DNA of 64,000 nucleotides from an uncultured bacterium (GTDB lineage Bacteria; Armatimonadota; DTGP01; CAYSAW01), in assembly GCA_964429225.1 (NCBI GenBank), contig CAYSAW010000006.1, forward strand, positions 89,559 through 153,558. The letters run 5' to 3'. The notes beneath the pieces are model-generated. The model did no database searches. It was not told where the DNA came from and saw nothing but the letters and a program-made list of their open reading frames with translations. The translations under genes and the position numbers were made by a program. This document shows positions 1 to 11,200 of the stretch, in pieces. Position 1 is the stretch's first letter. The number at the start of each line of letters is the position of its first letter.

Positions 1-516
1 CTCAATTCGACCAAAACGGTGGGAGTTGAGGGGGTTTTTAGGGGGTTCGGGCCACAAACCGGCGGAAACCAGGATTTGGTGACGCAATTCTCTGGCTCGA
101 CGCTCCCACTCCTGCCGACTCTTGAAGGAGGGGAGAGGGCAAGGAGTCTCAACTTTGCGGACTTGCAGAAGACGGGCATCTTTTATTGGGGGGTGTTCCT
201 GATCCCAAACCTGAAGACTGATGGTGTTAACTAAGGTTTTTGCTGATGGAACCATCATTCCACTCACTAAAAGAAGAGTAAGGTATGTCATTCCTTTTTT
301 CATAGGAGGGAAAGAGTTGACGGCTTTCCCTGGCTTCTCTTGATCTTTAGGGTACTTAAGGCTTAGTGCCCTTTTCCCGCACTTTCTCTTCAACAAAGGA
401 TGGGAAGCCTCCTCTTATGGGTTGGGATCTCATTACAAGGGTTGGAGGAAGAAGGGAGCACCGACTTTCTAAGGAAACCCTCTCCTAAGCCAAAAGACCG
501 AAGGCTTCTTTTAAAG

Positions 517-2628
517 TTACAGAGGGCATTCCCCAGCGGGGCATCCTCCTGCGTACTCGGAAGCGGCACGGACATGCTCAGGTTCCAAGGTTTCCCGAGA
601 TTCTTGAGGCCCGATATAAAGAACCTGCTCAGTTTTGCTTCCATAGCGGTAAACAGTGATCCCCTTACATTTCAGCTGATAAGCCATCCAAAACACTTTG
701 CGCACCTCTTCTGGGGTTGCTTCCTTCGGAAGATTGACCGTTTTGGAGACTGCATTGTCGACATATTTCTGGAAAGCGGATTGCATTCGCACATGCCATT
801 CCGGGGCCACTTCCATCGCGGTGACGAAGACCCTTTGGATCTCTTCAGGTACTTCAGGTAGCCCTCGCACAGAGCCCCGCCGAGCCACCTCAGTCATTAG
901 CTCCTGGGAGTAGAAACCTCGCTTTCGAGCGATCTCTTCAAAAACAGGATTGACCTCCAGTAGACGAGCCCCTTCCATGACCTCCCTGATGAAGACTACA
1001 GCGAAAATCGGTTCAATTCCGCTACTGCAGTTCGCGATAATGGAGATAGTTCCGGTGGGAGCAACGGTTGTGACGGTGGCGTTACGCATTGCAGGAAATT
1101 CCTTTTCCCAAAGACTACCTTTAAAGTTGGGAAAAGATCCTCTCTGCTGGCCCAAAAGGAGGCTATACTTTCTGGCTTCTGCAGTGATAAAGGACATCAC
1201 TTGCTCCGCAAAGCGAATCGCTTCCTCTGTGTCATAGGGAATACCCAACTTGATGAGGGCATCCGCAAAACCCATTACTCCCAGGCCGATCCTTCTATTC
1301 GCCTTGGTGGCTTTTTCTGTTTCTGGCACAACATAGCGGTTCACATCTATAACGTTATCTAAAAAGTGGACTGCTTTCTGAACAGTAGCCCTTAGGTAGT
1401 CCCAGTCAAATTGCCCTTCCTTGTTGAACATTCGGGAGAGGTTGATAGAGCCGAGGTTACAGGACTCGTAGGGGTGGAGGGGGATCTCCCCGCAGGGGTT
1501 AGTGCTTTCGATAGGGCCTAAGTGGGCAGTGGGATTTTTACGGTTGATCTCGTCAATAAAAATTAAACCCGGGTCCCCTGTTCGCCAAGCAGAATTAACA
1601 ATGAGATCAAAGACATCCTTGGCCTTGATCCTCCTTACTTCTTGGCCCGTTCGGGGGTTAATGAGGGGGTAGTCTTTCCCTTGTTCCACTGCTTCCATAA
1701 ATGTGTCGGTGACTGCTACCGAGAGGTTAAAATTTTCTAAAACCCCCGGCTTCTCTTTGGCGGTGATGAACTCTAGAATATCCGGGTGGTCACATCGGAG
1801 GATACCCATATTAGCACCTCGTCGTTTGCCCCCCGCTTTCAAGACATCAGTGGTGGTGTCGTAAATTTTCATAAAGGAGACAGGACCAGAAGAGATGCCT
1901 TTTGTTGAGCACACAAGGTCTCCCTTAGGGCGGAGACGAGAGAAAGAGAAACCTGTACCTCCGGCAGTGCGCTGGATCAGAGCCATATGTTTCAGGGTAG
2001 TAAAGATACTCTCAATTGAGTCCTCAACGGGAAGGACAAAACAAGCAGAGAGTTGCCCTAAAGGGGTTCCAGCATTCATTAAGGTAGGTGAGTTAGGGAG
2101 GAATTCTAAACGGGCCATCATATGGTAGAATTCCTCTGCAGTGCGCTGGATCTCCCCTTCTTTGGCCCCGTAAAGGGTATCCGCTTCAGCAATGGCTTGG
2201 GCTACTCTTTGGAACATCCCTGCAGGAGTCTCAATGATATTGCCTTCGTCGTCTCTTAGTAAGTACCGGCGTTGAAGAACTGCTATGGCGTTGACCGAAA
2301 GCTTTAGCTCATCGGATACCCCCAGCAACTTCTTTACTCTTCGTACCTCAGCTCGGTGGGATCGGTAACGAATATAAGCCCGAGCAACTTCCGCCAGACC
2401 CGACTCTATTAAGGTTTCCTCCACCAGGTCTTGGACCTCTTCTACGGTGGGGTATCGTTCTATGAATTGTTTTTCAACCTTATCAACTACTTTTTGCGCT
2501 AAGGTTTCGGCAAGGGAACCATCTTCGGTGCCGGTGGCAGTGAGGGCCTTTTGAAGGGCCTTGGTAATCTTTGTTGCCTGGAAGGGTTCAATCCGCCCAT
2601 CCCGTTTAACAATATGGGTGGGAAGCAC
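517..2628 (-). CDS. nrdJ: Ribonucleoside-diphosphate/triphosphate reductase, class II (adenosylcobalamin-dependent)
   Basis: The 703-aa ORF has an N-terminal ATP-cone (VKRDGRIEPF..KITKAL). The active-site motif NPCGEIPL and long RNR-like core are typical of class II RNR. The C-terminus carries a Cys cluster (GGCPAGECPL). A roughly 290-nt untranslated leader lies upstream at 2629-2915. Confidence 0.9.
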   Translation of the reverse strand: MLPTHIVKRDGRIEPFQATKITKALQKALTATGTEDGSLAETLAQKVVDKVEKQFIERYPTVEEVQDLVEETLIESGLAEVARAYIRYRSHRAEVRRVKKLLGVSDELKLSVNAIAVLQRRYLLRDDEGNIIETPAGMFQRVAQAIAEADTLYGAKEGEIQRTAEEFYHMMARLEFLPNSPTLMNAGTPLGQLSACFVLPVEDSIESIFTTLKHMALIQRTAGGTGFSFSRLRPKGDLVCSTKGISSGPVSFMKIYDTTTDVLKAGGKRRGANMGILRCDHPDILEFITAKEKPGVLENFNLSVAVTDTFMEAVEQGKDYPLINPRTGQEVRRIKAKDVFDLIVNSAWRTGDPGLIFIDEINRKNPTAHLGPIESTNPCGEIPLHPYESCNLGSINLSRMFNKEGQFDWDYLRATVQKAVHFLDNVIDVNRYVVPETEKATKANRRIGLGVMGFADALIKLGIPYDTEEAIRFAEQVMSFITAEARKYSLLLGQQRGSFPNFKGSLWEKEFPAMRNATVTTVAPTGTISIIANCSSGIEPIFAVVFIREVMEGARLLEVNPVFEEIARKRGFYSQELMTEVARRGSVRGLPEVPEEIQRVFVTAMEVAPEWHVRMQSAFQKYVDNAVSKTVNLPKEATPEEVRKVFWMAYQLKCKGITVYRYGSKTEQVLYIGPQESRETLEPEHVRAASEYAGGCPAGECPL

Positions 2629-2915
2629 TTGAGATCACCTCCGAATAAACATTCCCCTTATTTATTTTCCTTATCCCCTGTGTTCAAACCTTTCAGAGTG
2701 GCGGGAAGATGTGGAACAAAGGATTGAGGGGGTTTTAAGAAGTGCATATTCTTTAAAAGGAGTCATTGGGTAGGGGCATGAGATTTGATACCCCTACCTG
2801 AGGTTGATAGGTCTATCTCAAGAAGAAGTTGGCATCCTTACCCTAGGCGTTATTGATTGTCGGTTAGCTTAAGCCTAGGATTACCCTATTCAATAACCCT
2901 TGATCAAAGGGAAGG

Positions 2916-4031
2916 TTAGCCTATCTTGTGGAGGCGGAAGAGATGATTTTGAAGCCTTCTAACGGATTCTCGGGCGAACTGGGCAACCCAGTTAGGCGAG
3001 GGAGGTTCTACTTTAGTCGAATCTCTAAGGGTTTCTGCACTTCCATCCCAGTTTTTAAGATAATCTTCTGGGAGGGGATCGGGCAAGGAGACCTGGACTT
3101 GGGCGGCGAAGGCTAAAGCCCAGACCCGAGGTACGGTATCGCGGGCGTAGCCTCCTCCTCCAAGGAGGAGCCAGGGGAGGTTCAGCTGATCGTAGTAGGC
3201 GAGGATTTTCTCGTAAGCTTGAGTGGTGAGATTAAGGTGAGTGAGAGGGTCTGTGTGGTGGGCATCGGCACCAAATTGGGTGACTATGACCTGGGGTTGA
3301 AACCATTGAATCAGGGGGGGGACTACCTCGTTGAAAGCCCAGAGGAAGGTATCGTCGTCGGTGTAGGGAGCTAGAGGAACGTTAGCGGAATAGCCTCGGC
3401 CTGGCCCCTCCCCTATGTCTTCCGGTTCCCCTGTTCCTGGAAAGAGGTAACGACCCGACTCATGGAAGGAGATGGTAAGTACCCGGGGATCTCTGTAGAA
3501 GATGCGTTCCACCCCGTCGCCGTGGTGAGCATCAGTATCTATGTAAACCACCCGGTCCACCTCTTGAAGGAGGCGGACGATGGCGATTGCTGGGTCGTTT
3601 AGGTAGCAAAAACCGCTTGCTTTATTGGGCAAAGCATGGTGCAATCCTCCGGAGATATTGTCGGCCCGTTGGGTTTTCCTTTCTAAAATCAGTTCGGCAG
3701 CTGTGAGAGAAGCGCCGGTATAGATTAGGGAGGCGGTCCAAAGTTCGGGAAAGATGGGGTTGTCTCCTGTACCTAAGCCATAGTGATAGAGGAGGGGAAG
3801 AGTTTCTCCAGCCTCTAACCGTTTGAGGACTTCTACGTACTCAGGTGTATGAACCCAAAGCACCTCCTCCTCTGTGGCCCACCGAGGTTCGACCACCGAG
3901 ACTCCTTCCCTGAAAACCTGGTAAGCCTTTAGGAGTTCGTAAGTCTGCTGGTACCGGGCCGCTTTAAGGGGGTGTTCAGGGCCCAAATCATATCGTAAGA
4001 AATCTGGGGAATAAACGAAGATCGCTTGCAT
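2916..4031 (-). CDS. Histone deacetylase family protein (acetoin utilization AcuC / acetylpolyamine amidohydrolase-like)
   Basis: Arginase/deacetylase-fold motifs are present: YIDTDAHHGDGVE, ISFHESGRY and GGGGY. Length is 371 aa. Confidence 0.8.
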   Translation of the reverse strand: MQAIFVYSPDFLRYDLGPEHPLKAARYQQTYELLKAYQVFREGVSVVEPRWATEEEVLWVHTPEYVEVLKRLEAGETLPLLYHYGLGTGDNPIFPELWTASLIYTGASLTAAELILERKTQRADNISGGLHHALPNKASGFCYLNDPAIAIVRLLQEVDRVVYIDTDAHHGDGVERIFYRDPRVLTISFHESGRYLFPGTGEPEDIGEGPGRGYSANVPLAPYTDDDTFLWAFNEVVPPLIQWFQPQVIVTQFGADAHHTDPLTHLNLTTQAYEKILAYYDQLNLPWLLLGGGGYARDTVPRVWALAFAAQVQVSLPDPLPEDYLKNWDGSAETLRDSTKVEPPSPNWVAQFARESVRRLQNHLFRLHKIG

Positions 4032-4049
4032 CTCTTAGTGCCCTGACCC

Positions 4050-5216
4050 CTAATATTCCGGTTCGAATTCCCGGGCTGCTTCTACCATTGCTAAGATATT
4101 CTCGGGTTTCACGGCGGGGGCAATAGAGCAGGCACTGCTCAGGATATAGCCTCCGCCGGGAGAGCCAATCCTTAAGCGGTAGAGGGCATCCTTTCGGACT
4201 TCTTCCGGGCCTTTCCGGAGAAGGGTGTTGACGGAGTCAATATTCCCCTTAAAGAAGATGCGGTGCCCCCAGGCTTTCTTCGCTTCTTCCAAATCGGTGT
4301 TTCCTAGGGGAGGGGGATCGAGGGTTTCGATACCGTCTATCTCAGTTTCCACCATTAAAGCGAGGCGATCTCCGATCGCTCCACAGGTGTGGGTGTAGAT
4401 TTTGGCCCCCGCTTGGTGAACGGCTCGAGCCAGTTCGCGTTCGTAAGGGACGATGAACTCCTCATACATCTCTCGGGAGATAAACCCTCCTCCGGCATAA
4501 GGGGAGGAGATTTTAATCGCGTCGCAACCATGTTGAACCTGAGCGACACACCAAGCGGCAGCACAACGGGTAAAGTATTCGAGAAGTCGGTGACAGCGCT
4601 CAGGCTCGGTGAGGAGGGCCAATAGGGCATTCTCCATCCCTAAGAAATTGAGGAGATAATCCGAAGGGGCTTTAGTTTCTCCATGGATAGAATATTTATC
4701 GCCGACCCTTCGGAGGATAGTGTCAATAGCGGTGAAGTAGAAATCCGGGAATTGGTCTGGTTCAGTGAACCAGTGAAGGCCCTTATGAAGCCACCAGTGT
4801 TTCAGGCTTTCGGGGATGGCTTCGGGGTCAATGGGTTGTTCTAAGTTGACTTCTTCGATATTGGGAGGGGTATAATCCTCCGGAGGATAATAGTAGGGGT
4901 CATCGTTAGGCCGAAGTTCAATCGCCCCTCCATCGGGGAAGACGAGTTTAACCCCTTCCTCACTCTTCTCGACTCGTTCTATAAGGTCCCAGACCGCTTC
5001 TTCCCGGCCGGGTTTATGGATCAGGATTCCGTCGAAGTCATATTTATCTCTGATCTGGAGAAGCCCCCGAACATATCCTTCGTTGGTGAAGTTGAACTCT
5101 TCAGGAGTAACCTCTGTGTTGAGAAGGATATGACCAATGGTTAACTGGCACATTACCGGAATTTTGGGGGGTTTTCCCCGGTCCATTGCAAGGGCTATCA
5201 GCTCTTTTCCCGTCAT
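4050..5216 (-). CDS. Uroporphyrinogen-decarboxylase (URO-D) family protein, MtaA/CmuA-like methyltransferase or decarboxylase
   Basis: The URO-D-like core (…YAGGGFISREMYEEFIVPYE…, C-terminal GGGYILSSACSI) starts at MTGKELIALAMDRGKPPKIPVMCQ. The ORF track extends to 5372, but the internal ATG at 5214-5216 has a GAGGA-like SD and leaves a normal divergent intergenic gap. The alternative start is 5372. Confidence 0.65.
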   Translation of the reverse strand: MTGKELIALAMDRGKPPKIPVMCQLTIGHILLNTEVTPEEFNFTNEGYVRGLLQIRDKYDFDGILIHKPGREEAVWDLIERVEKSEEGVKLVFPDGGAIELRPNDDPYYYPPEDYTPPNIEEVNLEQPIDPEAIPESLKHWWLHKGLHWFTEPDQFPDFYFTAIDTILRRVGDKYSIHGETKAPSDYLLNFLGMENALLALLTEPERCHRLLEYFTRCAAAWCVAQVQHGCDAIKISSPYAGGGFISREMYEEFIVPYERELARAVHQAGAKIYTHTCGAIGDRLALMVETEIDGIETLDPPPLGNTDLEEAKKAWGHRIFFKGNIDSVNTLLRKGPEEVRKDALYRLRIGSPGGGYILSSACSIAPAVKPENILAMVEAAREFEPEY

Positions 5217-5416
5217 AGTGGTTTCCTCGAAGGAGAATCTGGCATAATAGCTATTCGGAGGAGGGGGGAAAAGTTCCTTGAGGTCTCCTAGAACAGCTTT
5301 TGAAAGACCAAGAAACGAGGTATCGGCGGGGAATAACCCAAGGGTGGGGGCCACCCCGGGCTGGCTCTTCACAGAGGGGTCGGCTGTGATGGATTAGGCA
5401 GGAAGGATGTAAGCAC

Positions 5417-6799
5417 TTGATGCGTTTTCCAATAGTCATCCTCTTGACGCTCGCTTTATCGAGTCTCTTTTCGGATAGCCTTCTCAGTGAAGAGGCCGGG
5501 CTTGAAGTTTTCACTCTTTCTAACGGCGTACCGGTCATCTTCCAAAAAGAGAGTTCATCCCCTTTGGTAGCGATTGATCTTTGGGTCAAGGGAGGATCTT
5601 GCCTTCCAGACCTGGCTCCTGGTTCTGTCCACTTTTTAGAACACCTTCTCTTCAAGAAGAAGACCCCTTCCGGTCGCTCTTTGGATGAGGAGGCAGAGAC
5701 CTTGGGAGGCGTTCTTGAAGCTTATACTTCTCGGGATTGGATGCACTTCACTCTCGCCCTTCCTAAGGATAAGTTTTCCCAAGGTCTTCCCCTCTTGGCG
5801 AAGGTTCTTTCTCCACCCTCCTTCTCCGAGGAGGATTTATCCCGAGAGAGAGGTGTAGTCCTCGACGAAATCGTTTCCCAACGTTTGGCTCCGGCTAAGA
5901 GGTTAAAAGACCTTTTATGGGAGAAGGTTTACGGCAGTCATCCTTATAGCAGGCGGATACCCGGTTCTGTTGAGCAGGTCCTACGCCTGGGTCCAGCGGA
6001 TTTACAGAAAGCTTATCAGTATCTTTTTCGACCCGAAAACCTGAGGATAGTCATTGTCGGGAATCTTCCTTCCGACCAGGTTAAAAAGTCAGTTCAACAG
6101 ACCTTTGGTTCACTCTTTTCTAACCTAAAAGAAAAACAACCTCTTCCTAGATTGTCTACTATTCCCAGCAGGGTTTCCTGGCCAAGTAATCGAGATCTGG
6201 GCTTGATCCCCTTAGCGGGGACTGGGGGTAAGGGGGTATTGCTCCTTGCTTTTCCTGGCCCTACTATTGATCAAATACAAGAAGTATGGACCCTTGATCT
6301 CCTGAGTGTCCTTCTTGACGAGGGACCTTTAGGGTTGCTGAGTGATTTGCTGGTGAAGTCGGGGTTAGCCAAGGAGGTGGAAGTAGATTTTCTTACCCAA
6401 ATAGGGCCTTCTTTATTTGTGATTCAGGTAACCACTCAGCCTCAGCAGATCCCCCGAGTCCGGGAGGTCCTTCAGGAGGAGATCAATAATCTTTTAAAGA
6501 GGGTACAAAGTTCCGATTTGCTCCAGTCAGCTAAACAGAGACTTTTAACCCACTATGCTTTTGATACAGAGACAGTGATGGGTAAGGCTAGCTTCCTCGG
6601 TTTTTATGCTGTGGTGTCTTCCTTGGACAGAGCTCGAAGCTATAAAGAATCTATCTTAAAAATCTCGGGGGAAGAGGTTAGGAGAGTAATCGAGAAGTAC
6701 TTGAAAGCGGAAAAGGGCTACTGGTTAGTAGGGGTGCCGGCAACTCCTTCTTCTCCTGAGAGTGGGAGGGCTTATGAAGAGGGACGTAAAGGAAGTTAA
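5417..6799 (+). CDS. M16 family zinc peptidase (insulinase-like), catalytic subunit, secreted
   Basis: N-terminal signal peptide. Inverted zincin motif HFLEHLLF (HxxEH) is present. Length (460 aa) and architecture match pitrilysin-family enzymes. Confidence 0.8.
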   Translation: MMRFPIVILLTLALSSLFSDSLLSEEAGLEVFTLSNGVPVIFQKESSSPLVAIDLWVKGGSCLPDLAPGSVHFLEHLLFKKKTPSGRSLDEEAETLGGVLEAYTSRDWMHFTLALPKDKFSQGLPLLAKVLSPPSFSEEDLSRERGVVLDEIVSQRLAPAKRLKDLLWEKVYGSHPYSRRIPGSVEQVLRLGPADLQKAYQYLFRPENLRIVIVGNLPSDQVKKSVQQTFGSLFSNLKEKQPLPRLSTIPSRVSWPSNRDLGLIPLAGTGGKGVLLLAFPGPTIDQIQEVWTLDLLSVLLDEGPLGLLSDLLVKSGLAKEVEVDFLTQIGPSLFVIQVTTQPQQIPRVREVLQEEINNLLKRVQSSDLLQSAKQRLLTHYAFDTETVMGKASFLGFYAVVSSLDRARSYKESILKISGEEVRRVIEKYLKAEKGYWLVGVPATPSSPESGRAYEEGRKGS

Positions 6800-8207
6800 A
6801 GTTTTGCTTGCTACCCTCTTCTTCCTCCTCTCTTTGGCTGCTTGGGCGCAGGAGCAGGGGCTTTATAAAGTAACCTATCCGGAGGGGCTTACTGTAATCG
6901 TCGAAAGGCTTCCTAACGTTGAGGGCGTGGCGCTTACTGCTATGGTCCGAGTGGGAGGTTTGGATAACCAGGAGGGGAGGGTTTCCCAAGAAGCCCAGTC
7001 TCTGCTTGTTCATCTTCTGCTAAGAGAAGGATGTCATCCTGCCATTGCGGAGGATTTATCTCGGTTGTACCAAGAGGTGGGGGGGGGAGTTTCTGCTCTT
7101 GCAGGTGAAGAGGTGGCTGAATTTTCGGTGATCACTCTTCGGAGGAATTGGCAACTGGGAGTGGAATTGCTCTCTCTTCTTCTCACTCAGCCACGGATTA
7201 AGGAGTCCGATTTAGAGCAAGTTCGTCAGGAACGGATAGATCAGATAAAGGAGGAATCTCCTTGGGTAGAGGGGGTTCGGCAGTTGTTAGAAGATAAGCT
7301 CCTAGCTCGGAGGGGAGGAGGGTTCTCTCAAGGGGAGAAGGAGAAAGCTCTAAAACAGGTTACTCCCGAGTACCTTCAGCAGATATACCAACAATATTAT
7401 TGTTTAAGGAATATGATTGTCGTTGCTGTTGGGGATTTGGACCCTCCTTTTACTGCCGAATATATTGCCGAGTCTTTTAAGAAGAAGATCCCCGGTGGGC
7501 CTAAACCTTTAAGGGGGGCCGTCCGTAAGAAGAGGATAGATTATCCGAGAGATATAGAGATAGGTGAAACCCTGTTAAATCCTAGAGGGGAGACTGAGGT
7601 TACCATAGTGGAGGCGGAATCACCTTCAGCGGTGCTGGCGATGGGTTTTAAGGTGCCGGGGGTGGAGAGTCCTGACTATCCGGCTCTGCTAGTACTGAAT
7701 GCCCTTATTGGAGGAGGCAAGGGAAGTCGGCTTTTCCGGTATCTGCGTGAAAGGGAGGGGATTGGTTACGAGATCGGTGGGTGGCTTCCTCCCCGCTTAA
7801 AAGAAGGGATATTAATGTTTTATGTCATCACTCAGCCCTATCGAGTTAATCTACGAGGGGAGAGGGAACCTCTTTTAGAAAAAGCCCGTCGAATTATGGG
7901 AGAGCAGATCGAGGCGGTAACCCGAGGGGATTTTTCGGAAGCAGAGTTAATCCGCGCGCGACAATATATCAAAGGGAGTTGGCTGATCCGAAGGGAAAGG
8001 CTTTCGGACCGAGCTTCTTTGACTGGTTGGTGGGTACTGGCATCGATCCAAGAGGCTCATCCCGAAGATTTCCTAAAGCGAATCGAGGCTGTGAGCAGGA
8101 AACAAGTATTAGCAGTGGCGAAAAAATATATGAGAAGCCCCTCTATAGCGCTCATTCTTCCTCGGCAAGGGGGGCGGACGGATTCCTGGGGAGTGAACTC
8201 CCGGTGA
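6774..8207 (+). CDS. M16 family peptidase, probable non-catalytic partner subunit, secreted
   Basis: Signal peptide MKRDVKEVKVLLATLFFLLSLAAWAQ. M16-like length and layout but no HxxEH motif (LLVHLLLREG instead). Its ORF overlaps the upstream M16 gene by 38 nt, which suggests an operon. Confidence 0.7.
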   Translation: MKRDVKEVKVLLATLFFLLSLAAWAQEQGLYKVTYPEGLTVIVERLPNVEGVALTAMVRVGGLDNQEGRVSQEAQSLLVHLLLREGCHPAIAEDLSRLYQEVGGGVSALAGEEVAEFSVITLRRNWQLGVELLSLLLTQPRIKESDLEQVRQERIDQIKEESPWVEGVRQLLEDKLLARRGGGFSQGEKEKALKQVTPEYLQQIYQQYYCLRNMIVVAVGDLDPPFTAEYIAESFKKKIPGGPKPLRGAVRKKRIDYPRDIEIGETLLNPRGETEVTIVEAESPSAVLAMGFKVPGVESPDYPALLVLNALIGGGKGSRLFRYLREREGIGYEIGGWLPPRLKEGILMFYVITQPYRVNLRGEREPLLEKARRIMGEQIEAVTRGDFSEAELIRARQYIKGSWLIRRERLSDRASLTGWWVLASIQEAHPEDFLKRIEAVSRKQVLAVAKKYMRSPSIALILPRQGGRTDSWGVNSR

Positions 8208-8278
8208 ACCGCTGGGGTTTTGGAAGAAAGCGAAAGTTTCCATCATCTATACCACTCTGTCTGGAAGAGGAATAAGGG

Positions 8279-11200
8279 ATGAAGGCTGGAAAGGCTTGGC
8301 TTCTGGTGGCATTCATTCTCGGCTTTGGGCTTTTACCCTCGGAGGGTTTTGGTCAGAGTGAAGAGAACAAGCCTACCCCGGAACAGGCGCGGATGTACCG
8401 CTTATTCTGGGGGGAGGTACAAGCGGGAAACCTGCTTCGGCATCTGAAAAAATTGACCCAGGCTTCCTCCCGCGTCGTTGGTTACCCTGGAGCTGATCAA
8501 GCGGCTGATTACATCCTTTCTGAGTTTCGGAGGCTTGGTTTAGAAAATGTTCGGGAGGAGCGTTACTGGGCCACGGTCCCCATTGATGAAGGGGCCTCTT
8601 TAACCATTGAAGGGGCGCAAGGGAAACCAATACCCCTCTACGCTTTGTGGCCGAATAGTGTTCGTACCTCTCAACTGCCTCCAGAGGGGCTTACCCTTCC
8701 GATGATTTATGGAGGGAATGGAGCCATCGCTCATTTGAACGGCAAGACCGTAGAAGGGTCTGCGGTTTTAATGGATTTTAACTGTGGTTCGGAGTGGTTG
8801 AATTCCGCTCGCTTGGGAGCTAGGGCAATTCTCTTCATCGAGCCGGAGGAGACCAGCCGAGGAGAGGCGGAGGCGAAGTTCCTAACGGTTCCTCTCGATA
8901 TGCCTCGCTTTTGGGTTCCTCGCAAGTATGCCCCTGCTTTGATCGCTTTGTGTCGGTCTGCCATCCCTCCTAAAGTGACTCTTCGTTGCCGAATGCCCTG
9001 GAAGCGCGTCCAGGCCCGAAACATCTTCGGGGTAATTCCCGGGACGGACCCCGAATTGAAGAATCAGATTATTATCCTTGAGGCTTACTATGACTCGATG
9101 TCGGTGGTGCCTCGCTTGGCTCCGGGGGCTGAGAGTGCTTCTGGAGTTTCTGCTTTGTTGGAATTGGCTCGCCTCTTTAAGAAGTACCCTCCAAAACGTA
9201 CCCTTTGGTTCCTTGTTACCTCAGGCCATCACTTGGGTTTAGCAGGGATTCGAAATTGGATTGAGGCTCACTGGAAGGATTTGGAACAGAATAGCACGCG
9301 TCAGAACTTTAAAGCTTGGTTGACAAGAACCTTCCCCTTCCTCTTCCATTTTAAGACCCGAGAACCTTGGCCCATTTACTTACTCATCGGATTGGACCTT
9401 TCCACTCAGACAAAAGGTGTGGGTATCTTCTACAAAGGTTGGTACTACGATTTCCGGGAGGATCTTCAGAGTAAATATTCGGATATTGCCCGCGTCCATC
9501 GAGAAAATGCTGAAAAAGTGGCTCAGGTCCTAAACCTGAATATTGGGGAGCGCTTTGCTGATGGGGTAAATCCCATTTCAGGGAAGTCTTGGCGGAACTT
9601 CATCCCTGCTAAGCCTGCCTTTGACGCGGAAGCCTATGCGATGGCAGGGGGGAAAGGAGTCACCTTTGCGAGTATAGACGACGGCCGAATGTTGGTAGAC
9701 ACTCCACTAGATCAGCTCTCGAGGATTAATATCGCGAACCTGACAGAGCAGACGAAATTAATCGCTTGTTTGACCTGGCATGATACTTATGACCCTAACG
9801 GGATTGGGATTACTCAGGGGACACACTTTCCCATTGTAGAGCCCTCTCCTCTCGGACGATTAAGGCTTCAGGGAGGTTTTGCCAAGATTGTTGGGCAAGT
9901 GATGGAGTTTGATCCACGCATTAGTATTGTTCCCAGTAAGCCGATTTTAGGGAGTATTGCGGTTTTGAAAAAGTGGAATAAGTCCTATATGGGAGTTCGG
10001 GGGTATCAGTTTGAGTTGGTGGATGACCAGGCCCGGTTCCAGTTTATCGGAGCTCCTCCTCTCACTGCTTATGGAGGAGGAGTCCAAACCCAGATTGCCG
10101 CTTATAAAGTGGATGACCGTACTGGGGAGTTGATTTATGCTCCCGACCTTGGGGTTACTGGGGGGAAAGAGAACTACCAAACCACCTTCCCCATTACTAC
10201 TGGTTTGAAAGAGACAGGTGTGGTCGTTTTCCGGTGCAATACCACTGCTCTTTATGACTTTGTGGATCCCCAAACTTTGCGGAGCTTGCCCACTATTAGT
10301 GTATTAGATTCGGTGAGCAACGGCGAACCCCGGATGTACGGCTTTGATAAGACCGTTCCTGAGCGGTTGGTCTCCCATATTGAGGATGTTGCCTTGATCT
10401 ACGCTCAAAAGGGGAATCGAGCCCTGGGCATTGAGCCTACTCGGGTGAAGATACTAGGATCTGCTGGGCCAGGGGCTATCCGGATGGTTCTGCTCAATAT
10501 GGCGGCGCGTCTCCCGAACGGTCAAATCCTCCGGGCGGACCAACTCCAGTATTTCCAAGGAGAGATCCCTCTCGATCGCCTCCAGCCTGTGGATACTGAA
10601 GGCCAGGGGTATGAGTTGAAAGGGGGTACTCTTTACAACACTCCTCTTCTTGCCGCCTGGGATATGTATGTGCTTAATGATGCCCGCATTAAAAAGCTAG
10701 CCCGCCACCGAATCATTAATCCCGCCATTGATGATCTCCATAATCGAGGGCGTCGAGAGCTCCAAGCGGCGTTAGTAGCGTTTCGTAACCGCCAGTGGGA
10801 TGAGTTCGACTCCCGGGCCCGCGCGGCCTGGGGCTATGAGTCCCGAGCTTATCCTGACGTCCGCCGCACGATGAATGACGTAGTTAAGGGAGTAATCTTC
10901 TACCTCTTCCTCCTCTTGCCTTTCTCCTATTTCTTTGAGCGGTTAGTTATCGGAAGCAAATTCCTCGTTCATCAGGTCCTTTGGACTTTGACCACCTTTA
11001 TTGTCATCTTCGTTATTTTCCGCTATGTCCATCCCGCCTTTGATATTACGATGAACCCCTTAATCGTTCTGCTGGCCTTCGTTATGTTGGCCCTCTCGAT
11101 CTTGGTTATTGGAATGATCTCCGGCCGGTTTGAGAAGGAGCTTAAAGAGTTTAACAAGCAGGTTTCTGGAGTTCATCGAATTGATATTGGGCGGATGAGC

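Noticed and set aside
400-1237. Plus-strand ORFs (153, 71 and 95 aa) overlapping nrdJ
   Set aside because: They lie antisense to a strongly supported 703-aa RNR gene. They have no motifs and a composition typical of shadow ORFs.
2629-2915. Cobalamin riboswitch call upstream of nrdJ
   Set aside because: Only a 6/7 match to the B12 box (GCCACTC) was found by eye, and I cannot fold or score the rest. It is kept as a finding, not a feature.
4355-5655. ORFs 4355-4630 (-), 4389-4625 (+) and 5251-5655 (-) overlapping the URO-D-like gene and the M16 start
   Set aside because: These are out-of-frame or antisense overlaps with better-supported genes. The 5251-5655 ORF would also run through the divergent promoter region.
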